64,000 bases of DNA from Camelus ferus (Eukaryota): assembly GCF_009834535.1 (NCBI RefSeq), contig NC_045729.1:17112001-17176000 (forward strand). The letters are read 5' to 3'. The notes beneath the pieces were generated by a model. That model made no database searches, was not told the DNA's origin, and saw only the letters and a program-made list of their open reading frames with translations. Positions 54,231-64,000 of this stretch are shown here, piece by piece. Each line of letters opens with the position of its first letter. Position 1 is the first letter of the stretch. The position numbers were made by a program, and so were the translations under genes.

Positions 54231-57078
54231 GATTGAAAGTGAGAACCGTCCTGTGATTTCTCCTGGGGCGTCACAGGGCACTCAGCCTTGTGAGATGCAC
54301 AACTTAACCAGTTCTCCGGGTGCAGGCACAGTGTTACAGAGCTCAGACCCTTTGACTCAGGAAAAGGTCATGGTCCATCAACGTTAGCGGTAACAATGAT
54401 TAATTATAAATAGCCGGCACTGTTTAAAGTGCATTAAATAAACCCGGAAAATGTCAGAACTAGAAGTGACCTATGACATCAGTCGTCTCAGCCAAACTCC
54501 TGATTTCACAGAGAAGCCAAGGCCTAGGAAGGCATGTCTTGCCAAGACCCCAATTCCAGGCAGTGGAAGAGCAGAGCCTCGGCGCCCTGAGCTCCCAGCG
54601 CAAGGCTCACACTGCTCCCCCGGGCCCAGAGCAGCCGGAGACCCGACAGCTGAGCCGACGTCAAACACGTCCGCATGTACAAGCCCCCCCCCCCCCCCCA
54701 GTGTTTGTGCTATTTCCAGCCGATGGCATCAGTGACTGAGAGAGAGGAATCACTCAGGATGCGTCTTAAACAAACAGCTCAGTGGCATTCCCGTGGGTAC
54801 CTGTGCAGCGTGGCCGTGGCTCTGGGTAAGCCCTGGGGCAGACGGCCCTGCCGGGTCTGTTTCGCCGTAGGGTTGGTGGTCCTGCCCCGGAGGGGTGGGC
54901 GTCTTCGGGTGAATCCTCGCTCTCCCACAGTCAGTGTGGGCTCTAGGGGGAGCCTCAAATGTGTAACTGATGGCGTTTTCAGCCCCTACCTGGGGACCGA
55001 CAGGAAGCCAGGGAAGGGCCGGCCGAGCCTCTGTGGGCACTGAGCCCCCCTAGTGATGGGGACTCCCACAGAACCCTGGTGGGGAAGCCACAGGGGCCAT
55101 CTCTGCCCAGTGCACCTCCTTGCTTCCCTGTCTCCCCATCCAGCTCTAACGACATCCTCTGCTCCAGAATTTCTCTTTAGTCCCCGCCTCTTCTGTCCCC
55201 CTGCCCACCCCCTCCCCAGGGGGGACTAGGCAGTGCCCCCGACTCTGGTGTGAGCCAGGCTGGACCCTGGCGGTTTCTCCTGGGGCTTTCATCTGCTCCT
55301 GGGCTGCGAGGCAGGAAAACAAAGGCAGCTCTGTGTGGGGATGTGGGCGAGCGGGCACTCCCCTTTACTCCTCCCACAGGGCTCCTCGGACCTCCCAGCG
55401 AACGCCTGTCCCATCTTTGATGTCGGCTTCCTCTGAACCTTGGAAAGCAGACCTGTCCCATGGCTCTGGTCCTTGAGCCCCTCTGATGTCTGACCAAGCT
55501 GTGAGTGTCCTCCGTCCAGCCGGCGGGCCAGGACCTGGCGCTGCCTGCGGGGGGAGGTGTTGTGCAGAGGCCAGCCTTTCTGTGTGCGGGCGTCACGAAG
55601 GGCCACGGCTTTCCAAATTCCCTTCCCCAAGAAGTGGAGATGATAGAGCAGAGCAGAAGGTGCTGAAGTCAGGTGGTCCCAGGAAATCGCTCCAGACTGG
55701 AGTTCCCTACCCGTGAAACGCAGACTTCAAGCCTGCTCTTGTGCCTTTGCCCCCGCCTGGTGTCCCTGGGCCTTGATGGACACTTGAGTTGGAGAGAAGC
55801 ATTATTTCTTTCAGACCATAGGCGAAGGGGTGGGCGGCAGTGACAGGTCCCCTGACACAGGTCGGTGTCCACCAGGATGCCGGTCATAAAACCCCACTGG
55901 GAACCTAGAGGTGTTTCTGCCTGTGGCGTCCCTGCCCTTCTTTAAGACCCTAAGACTCCACCTTTGTTCTCATGCTGTTCAGCCGTCCTTTCTCAATAGT
56001 TGTTGACATTTTGAAATCTTTCTCTGCCCTCCCGAGCCACCCACCCAACTCCACCCGCGCCCCCAGCCAGAGTCTGGAAGAGTTAATTCAGTTCTCAGCC
56101 CCAGCCAGGAAGTCTCCGTTTGCCAGTAGAGTCAGCCTAGGATGAGCAGCATTGAAATTGCTCATTTATTTCTGTAGCTTCAGTCTCCAGCCTGGAATGG
56201 AACAATGAGACCAAAAGCGTTCCAGACACATTGTTTGTTTAATGAAGGAACATTCTTCCACTGGACTGTATGGCTGTTGGATTTTTGGGTTTGATTGGTT
56301 AACCCTTGCAAGCGTTTTGGATTTCTCTTGTGAGAGCTGGCAGGACGGGGGTAGATGGGTCCACGAGCCCCTCTCGTCATTATGTCATCGCTGACTCCCC
56401 TGACCCTGACCTCTTATCTAGTCAAAAGGTTTGACTTCTGTAACATGGTCCTCCACCCGGAGAAACTGGTTAAAGCCGTAAATCTCACAAAAATGAGTGT
56501 GCTGTATGGCCCCAGGAGAAATGACAGGCTTACCCCTTCTGAGTTTCAACCCCTTTGGCTTTGAGAAGGCTGTTGATTTTATTATTGATCATTGAGTTTG
56601 ATCTGATGCATTTCACAGAGACTTGGCTCTGCAGTCGTGCTGTTGGCTCCGGGGGCAGCAGCTACGCCGATGACGAGTTTTTCCGTTCCCCCCGCCAGAT
56701 GCAGGAGGTGGTAGGGTAGACACAAACTTACTCCTCCCTTCCTTCTGGAAAGTCTGATGTGGATGCATGCGTGTGTGGGTTTCTTTGCGTTACTGATGGC
56801 GTGCTTTGAAAATTGCTCTTGACAGACCGCCAGAGGCAGGGGGATACATGGAATGACTTTTGGAAGACCCTTCTTGGTAAAAGAGCTATGAATTTTTTTC
56901 TTGTTATTCTGTGGACTGTATGTGTTTTTCTTTCTTCCTTTTTTTCTGGAGATATAGGTAGAATAGTATATAACTTAGCCTAGAAGGGCTGCCCTAAGGT
57001 CACCTGTGTCCAGCTCTCTGGCGCTGGATGGAACCATTGCAAATACATTACATGATGCAGGCTGTGGGTTCAGTTGGG

Positions 57079-57282
57079 NNNNNNNNNNNNNNNNNNNNNN
57101 NNNNNNNNNNNNNNNNNNNNNNNNNNNNNNNNNNNNNNNNNNNNNNNNNNNNNNNNNNNNNNNNNNNNNNNNNNNNNNNNNNNNNNNNNNNNNNNNNNNN
57201 NNNNNNNNNNNNNNNNNNNNNNNNNNNNNNNNNNNNNNNNNNNNNNNNNNNNNNNNNNNNNNNNNNNNNNNNNNNNNNNNNN
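57079..57282. other. Assembly gap (204 N)
   Basis: Run of N, followed by degenerate (ATCC)n. Confidence 1.
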
Positions 57283-57399
57283 CCATTGATCCATATATCC
57301 ATCTGTCCATCCACCTGTCATTTATGAAGTATCTGCTAAAATCCAGGAACAATGCTAATTTGCTCCCTATTATTTAATTTCTATTAATTGAGAATAGAA

Positions 57400-58550
57400 A
57401 ATCATTCCAGTGCCCTTTTTACTTGATCTTTCTTTTGTATTTGACACAGTTGGCTGCTTCTTCCTACTTGGTATTTTCTCTTCCTAAAGTCTCCAGAGTC
57501 TGTGACGTGCTCTGTCCCTGCGGGTCCTCTGCTTCTGTGAGCATCCTTCTTACTCTCTTTCATGTGCTCTTTCCCTCTTGTCTACCCTTGGCATGTCAGT
57601 GTTCTCAAGAGTCCTGTCTTCAGCTTGCTTTCCTCCTTTTTCCTTTCCTCTACTCTTTAAACACTCTTTCTGGACAATTTCAACTGTGTCACCGTGTCTA
57701 AGTTATTGTCTACCTGCAAATGGTGACTCTCAGAGATTCTCATTTAACCTGCCTTTCTGCCGTGTGCTCCTGGCTCTTACATCTGTCTCCTGACCACAAC
57801 TGTCTGGTTGTCCAGAAACATCTCAAACTCAGCGTGTTCATAAATGAAGTCAGCGTCTTCTCTGTCAAACCAGTACCTTGGTGATTCCCCGTCTTGGGGG
57901 TTGTCCTAATCATTCCCCTTCGTAACTGTGCCAGGGTCTGGAAGCCTCCCTCGACTTCTCCCTCCCCTTGCATCCGCTTGGGTACCAAGTCATGTCAGTC
58001 CAGCTGCCTGACATGTTTCCCCCTCACCTTCCCCATCACCACCACCCTAATCCCGGCACTCTTGATCTCCCCTCACAGTGTTGCAGGATCTCTTACTGGG
58101 TCCCTAGATCTGCTCCCTCCAAACTATCTGCATGCTGCATCAGACTGATCTCACTAGATACAAATCTGGTCAGGTCAATCTCTTAAAATCTTTCAGTGGC
58201 TTCCAAGCACCTAAGAAGAAGTTCCCACACTTTAAGCCTGTCGTAGCCCGTTTCTGTGATTAACCTTACGTCTTCGCTTTATCTCCACTCTCAGACTTCA
58301 CCCCAGACACCTCCCCTAGGCTCCGTCACACCAAACCGCGTGCGGTGCGGCCTCATCCTCCAGGCCTCCGCCCAGGCCCTTCCCTCCACCGGGAAGCCTT
58401 TCCTCCCTCGAGGTGCTGCTCTCTGCTCGAGCAGTGTCTCTTCCGTGAAGTCTTGACCTCCCGGGTTCCCCCTCCCACTTCTGTTGCACCTGGACGTGTT
58501 GTAATACTCTGTGTCCGTGTCTCTGTCCCCACTAGACAGTGAGCTCTGGG
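57400..58550 (+). mobile_element. Long L2 remnant
   Basis: catctcaaactcagcgtgttcataaatgaa...cttaaaatctttcagtggcttcc...ctgtccccactagacagtgagctc. Confidence 0.75.
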
Positions 58551-59152
58551 GGTGGGGGGGCGGGGGGGGCCTTCTATCCCTGTGACTCCGCCCAGTCTGG
58601 ACGTGGGGAGAGCGCAGGCGCTGGCGGTGGCTCCACAGCCCCCAGGCGGTGGGTCCTCTTCCGCTCTGTGTCTGAGCTGCACATCCTTCGTCACCTGTCA
58701 GCTTAGACTCTCTCTTCTATCTCATCACGTCAGAAGTCCGCCAGAAAACACGAGGACTTCTGAGATGAGCTTGGTGCCTCGTGTTTGGGTGCAGTCGACC
58801 CGGTGGACCTGCCTGCGGCTTCATCTGACTTTCTGATTATTGCAGGAGAGATGACTAACATGGCCTCAGCATTACTTGGCCCCTTAGCCCTGACCCCTGT
58901 GCTGCTTCGCTCCCTTTGCCCCCATCCTCCTACCTGGCAGCAGGGACTGCAGAACGGTTTAGCATCGTGTCGCGTTTCCAGTGGAGAAGGGCAGAGACAC
59001 TGCTGTGTCCTTGCAGGCCCCCCACCCTGGGGACGCCCCAGCCGTTCCATTGTCAGTGCTCCCCAAGTGCTCAATTTCACTTTCTTTTTTCCATCCAAAT
59101 GTTAAGACTGAGCAGGACACGATTAACAACCTACTTAAAGATAAAGTTTAGA

Positions 59153-59359
59153 GGGGAGGGCAGAGATCAGGGGTAGAGTGCGTGCTTAGCATGCAGGAGG
59201 TCCTGGGTTCAATCCCCAGTACCTCCAACAGATGAATAAGGAAATAAAAACCTAATTACCACCAGCGCCCCAATAAAATAAAATAAAATAAAAAACCAGG
59301 AAAAAATAAAAAGAGAAGAATCATGTGAAAAAACAGTAAGTTTTTAAAAAAAGGTAGAG
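59153..59359 (+). mobile_element. Vic-1-like SINE with an extended A-rich tail
   Basis: ggggaggg...gtagagtgcgtgcttagcatgcaggaggtcctgggttcaatccccagtacctcca. Short TSD GTTTAGA at 59146-59152 and 59360-59366. Confidence 0.85.
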
Positions 59360-59857
59360 GTTTAGAAGGTATGTCTCTGTTACCTGCTCCATTTCCCACG
59401 GGAAGTCGAGACCGTAAGGAAGTGGCCAGGCAGCAGGTTTGTTCAGGGGAGAGCTAAATCTCAGCCACCTCCTCTGGCCTCTCTACGTAACAAAATATGC
59501 TGTCTGCAGCAAGTCTGTGTGTCCACATAGGACGCTGCGTGAATCACCGTGGGGATGTGACGTTCTCATAAGTCTGTTGGCTCGTTTGTTCAGGGACCAC
59601 TGTCTCGCTTTGCTGGTCCGGGGTACTGGTTTCTATGCTGTGTGGACCGAACTTAAGGGAAAGCCAATTATGCTGACATCCAGGGCATTTCTATTCTGGT
59701 TAGTGAATGAACTCACCAAATATTTGGGGCACGTTTGTGCTAGGGCTGATAATGCAGTGGGGAACAGCACTGGTCCCTGCCCTAGAGGGGGCAGCATGGT
59801 ACTAGAGAAAAGCATGCCCTGGTCACACAGACCCAGGTGTAAGCCTTCTCTGTGGCA

Positions 59858-60112
59858 CTTTTTTTTTTTTTTTTTTAGTAGAGTTGATTTACAACGTTGT
59901 GTTAGTTTCTGGTGCACAGCATGGTGATTCAGCTATACATATATATTCCTTTTCATTATAGGCCATTACAAGGTATTGAGTATAGTTCCCTGTGCTGCAC
60001 AGTAGGACCTTGTTGTTTATCAATTTTATATACAATAGTCAGTACCTGCACATCCCGAACTCCCAGCTTGTCCCCCCCACCCCGTCCCCCCGGCAACCGT
60101 ACGTTTGTTCTT
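59858..60112 (-). mobile_element. Short artiodactyl-type L1 3' end, antisense, inserted in a MIR
   Basis: Poly-T, then agagttgatttacaacgttgtgttagtttctggtg...atagttccctgtgctgcacagtaggaccttgttg. Confidence 0.85.
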
Positions 60113-60596
60113 TAGACTGCATCGCCTCTTACTGTGTGATCTCGAGCAAGAGAGATGCTCACCCTTCTGAGCCTCAGTTTCTTCATCTATAAAATGAGGG
60201 TTATGCCATTCTCCTTGCTTCCCTTATGGTAAAAATTAGCCGGAAAATGCCTCTTAACATCTGGTTGCTACTGGGCCTCCCTTATACTTACTAGAGAGTC
60301 GTAATTGCTGCCCACTGTTCCAGAAGTGGCTGTGATAAATTACAAAGCCCAGACTCTCCAGGCTTCTCTGACTGATGGTAGTAGCTAAAATGTATAGTGT
60401 ACCTTCCCTGATGCAGGCTCGGTTCTTAGTCCTTTAAGTTTATGAATGCATCGAATCTTCACGACAATCTTACAAAGTAAGAACTTCTACTGTTTTGTAG
60501 AAGAAGAGGCTGAGGCACAAGGCAGTTAAATAACCTGTCCAAGGTCACACAGTTGGCGAATGTTCGGCTGGGGAGTTGACCCTGGGCAGCTTTTTA

Positions 60597-60750
60597 AAAA
60601 AATAAGGACACCAGTCATTGGATTTGGGGCCCTAATCCCGTGTGGCTTCACTGTAACTGGTTACATTTTTGCGTGCACCCTCTTTCCAGGTAAAGTCACA
60701 TTCTGAGCTGCCAGGTGGACATGAATTTTGGAGGAGGGGCGCTATTCACT
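60597..60750 (-). mobile_element. MLT1A/B-type MaLR LTR fragment
   Basis: ataaggacaccagtcattggattt...aaagtcacattctgag is the reverse complement of the recalled MLT1B 5' part. Confidence 0.75.
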
Positions 60751-61935
60751 GCTTGTAGTAACCATCTGTCATTTCAAAAAGCAAGTGAAAGAATTACAGT
60801 TATTTTATTATTAATTATTTAATTATTGTCTAAGAACCTGATCCTGTTTTAGAACATGATTCTGACTGGTTTGGGCCATTGGCAGACAGAGGACTGAGAG
60901 GGACACCTGCCCCCTCCGCAGCCGGCCCCAGCCCTGCCCCAGCCAGACGCCGGGGAGCCTCGCCCACCCCGCCGCGCTGGGCGGCCCGCTGGCCAGACAC
61001 CTCCATCTGCTTGTTTCCCGCCCCGTGTGCCCGTGAGCTCTTTCAGGTTTCTCGTTTCTTCCCTCTGAACAGGCTCGGATTCGTCTGCCCTCTTGGAATG
61101 CACCCGTGAGGACAGTGAGGCTGTTTCCTCCCTGTCGCTAGATGTGGCCCAGGTCACGTCGGCTTTTCCTGGCGGCTGTGCCGTGCCGGAGCCCCGGGTC
61201 TGGTTCTGCTGCTCACCGCAGTGACTTTGAGCAAGTCGCAGCCCCTCTGATAACACAGGGGTCCTCACACTTGACCACAGGGGTGTCAGGGCTCTGGTGG
61301 CCGGATGTGTCTGGATACCCTCCTACCTGGCAGCGTCACGGACGTGTTCGGGGTCGATCCTGGGCTGCAGGTTCAGATGAAAGGGGCTGCGAGTGCCCGC
61401 AGGTGTCCGCCCTCCATGGTTGATTCCAGTCCCTGGAGTGCTATCAGACGGGGATGTTTTGCGTGGGAGGGGGTGAAGGAACGGGTCCAGGAGGTGGAGT
61501 GTCTGGTCCAGACTTTTGATCGGGAGATGCGCCCTTTGATGTAGCAGAACGGAGTTCCCAGAACGGAGGCCAGCAGGCCAGTTTGCCACCCCCACGTTCT
61601 CTGGCAGGTACGGGACAAACTTGTGTGGCAGGCTTTTGGCCCTGGGTTGTCCTCCCATCGGGGCTCGTCTGCCTCTTGCTGTGTCGTGTCTGTCCTGGTG
61701 ACGATCTTCCTGGGTCATGAGATGTTGAACATACCGTCAGATGAGAGCATTAATAGGACAAGCATTTATTGGACACCTGCTGTATCCAAGGCACAGTGTA
61801 AGACTCGGGTTCAGGAGTGAAAAGACACAGCCAGTTGTCAAGAAGCTCACCAGGAGAGTGGGCAGACAGGCAACAATCACACCAACGAGAGGGGCCAGGT
61901 GGAGGTGTGACTGTCAGCAAGGCCTGCCCTAGATC

Positions 61936-62144
61936 CAGGGCTGGCAGCCTCAGGGCCAGCGGGCCACACCCAGCCCCCCACCTACCCTGGTAACTACAGT
62001 TGTACTGGAAATCCGATAAATAAGGGGTATTGTCCACGACTACTTCTGCAGTTCAGCAGCTGAGTGGTGACAGGGACCACGTAGCTAGCAAACCCCATCA
62101 TATTTTCCATCTGCCCTTTTATAGAAAAAGCTCTCTGACTCCTG
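61936..62144 (+). mobile_element. MER58A-like hAT-Charlie MITE
   Basis: cagggctggcagc start and ccatctgcccttttatagaaaaagctctctgactcctg end match the recalled MER58A. Confidence 0.7.
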
Positions 62145-64000
62145 TCCTCGGTAATGGGTCAGCCGGCGAGAGTTTCCAGGGAAAAACAGAGGCAGACCCC
62201 ATTCTCATCTCAGGGGCTTTCTGCAGTTTTGTGTGTGCAGCTAACGGGAAATTCGGATAAAGATGATCTGGAGGAGCTGGCTGGGGGGAGATACGGTTCC
62301 TATACAACAAAATCCACCCTTCCACAGCGTACACTCCAGTGGTTTTTCGTAGACTCCCAAAGTGGTGCAGCCGTCACCTGGGAGGCATGCTTTGAGCCTC
62401 TTTAGAAAGGTCCTGGGACCTCACCCTTCTCCCATCCGCCTCCTCCTGGGCCCATGTCTGCTGTGAGTCACTGGCGGGATCAAGATTCAGAGCCCCATCT
62501 TAGTTGAGCTGCTGGGATCAGATCTTCATCAGCCTCTCATACCTTGGAATACCTGCCCTGTCCTAGACGGACAGACTCGTCGCTTGGAAGTCCCTGAGTG
62601 GGTGAGGGCACCTGAGGTTAGACTGTGGGCTTCCCGAGGACATGCCAGGGCGTCCCTGAGCTGGAAAGGATGTGGGCTCAGTGACGTGGGGAAGTCAGCA
62701 CAAAGACACGCACAGGACACGGAGCCTTGGGAGCCGGGCCGGCGGCAGGTGGAGACCTCTCAGAAACAGCTGGGTACCAGGAGGGGGAGAACGGAAAACA
62801 CCTTTTACTCTCATCTTATTTAGCTGGACCTCGTTGGAGCTGCCTGACATCCAAGGACTAGGTTCTGGACTGCCTCTCTGATTCTCTTGGTTGCAGGATG
62901 AATAAAAAGAGCTTAGAAGGCTCCCCTCTCCAGAGTTCTCTGGTCTCAGAAGCATCCACGAGGCTCCCCGAGCACGCCCTGTGTGCGAGGCCTGGGACGG
63001 GTGCTAAATGGGAGATGCTAGGATTTCCAGCCAGCCAGGGGCTCCTTGGGGGCTGGGACTTTGGGAGACCTGGACTCTTCCACTCCCCTCGGTAGGGTTC
63101 TGTAAGTCCCCATGGGCGTCAGCAGCCCTGGTGAGCTGTGAGTGCTTCTCTACTCCAGGCGCTGTGCTAGGTGCCCTGGGGCTTGATGAGCAGGACATGG
63201 GCCAGTCTTCGAGAGATCATCTTATTCGCTCTTTTGAAGGTACCCTGGGAGGGGTTGTGCTTTGGCCTGGCAGGCATTCACAGCCCGTGTAGCTGACTTT
63301 TTCAGATTATATTCTTGAGAGCGGGTTTTGTGTTGGGGCCGTGGAAAGGACGCTGAATGATGCTGCCCTCTCTCTCTGGCCATTTTTTGTGGGTGTGTGT
63401 ATGTGGACCGACATCCCAGGTTAAGATGGGGGCCACAGCCTGCCCATGTGGTATTTTTATGCCAGTTAGAAAAAAGTCTCTCTTCCTCTAAATGCTTTAC
63501 TTCCATTTTTGGAAAATTTAATATGATGATTCTGTTTGATCAAGACTTTACTGCTGTCACCAGAAAGCTGAGATAGTAAATAGTACAACTCTAAGAGAGC
63601 TTCCCAGTGGTCAGTACCCCCTTTCCTGTGGCATCTTTGTGCAGTGTGTGACCTGCACAACAGCACAAGGCCACCTTGGTTAGGATAAGCACTGGAATTC
63701 AGTAATTTGATAATTATTCAGTATTCAGTAATAAGCAGCTTACCCTTGCTGGCTGGTACCTGCTGTATTTCTCATCCAGCACAGAGGCTCCTCACTGGGC
63801 ATAGCACCTTTGATCTTTCCAAGTTTTAGAATATGAGAACAGGGATGTGGGGCTTGGGGAAAGAAGACAAGAGAAACCCAGTTCTGTCTAGGTGGGGTAA
63901 GGCTCTGCGCTCTAGCCCACTCCTGCGTTTTCCACGGAGGCTGGGAGCTTTGCAGCTCATCAAATTACTTTTGCAGTAGGAATAACAGACAGGCTGTAGT

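Larger units (their letters stand above)
31939..64000 (+). other. ANO2: ANO2 intron 3, continuing beyond the window
   Basis: I found no match to the next ANO2 exon ([33 protein letters not shown] in human) in this stretch. Confidence 0.8.

Noticed and set aside
56975-57377. ORFs spanning N runs (also 51157-51460)
   Set aside because: Artefacts of translating through gaps.

Overview
Mammalian genomic DNA, most likely a camelid: five copies of a tRNA-derived SINE resemble the Vic-1 family as I recall it, and I saw no Alu, CAN or Bov-type SINE. Two genes lie head-to-tail on the + strand. (1) The 3' end of VWF (von Willebrand factor): the last 98 nt of exon 41 and intact exons 42-52 (C domains including the RGD site, and the cystine-knot domain), stop at 18400-18402, AATAAA at 18508. 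Every exon has GT-AG boundaries and the length I recall for human VWF. (2) About 3.5 kb downstream, the 5' end of ANO2 (TMEM16B, Ca2+-activated Cl- channel): CpG-island promoter, exon 1a (ATG 22024), exon 2, exon 3, then an intron running to the window end. The rest is intronic or intergenic, with L1, L2, MIR, MaLR/ERVL LTR and hAT remnants, microsatellites and two N gaps. I found no prokaryote-type system and no novel gene. The most interesting observations concern the ANO2 N-terminus and the VWF protein. A 7-codon alternative first exon (MDPESLP) splices in frame to exon 3. A strong upstream ATG makes exon 1a dual-frame: an overlapping uORF if exon 2 is included, a new in-frame N-terminus if exon 2 is skipped. 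VWF carries RGDY instead of the human RGDS and has altered N-glycan sequons. VWF-to-ANO2 read-through is plausible. Comparisons with human or mouse sequences and repeat-family names are from memory, not from database searches.
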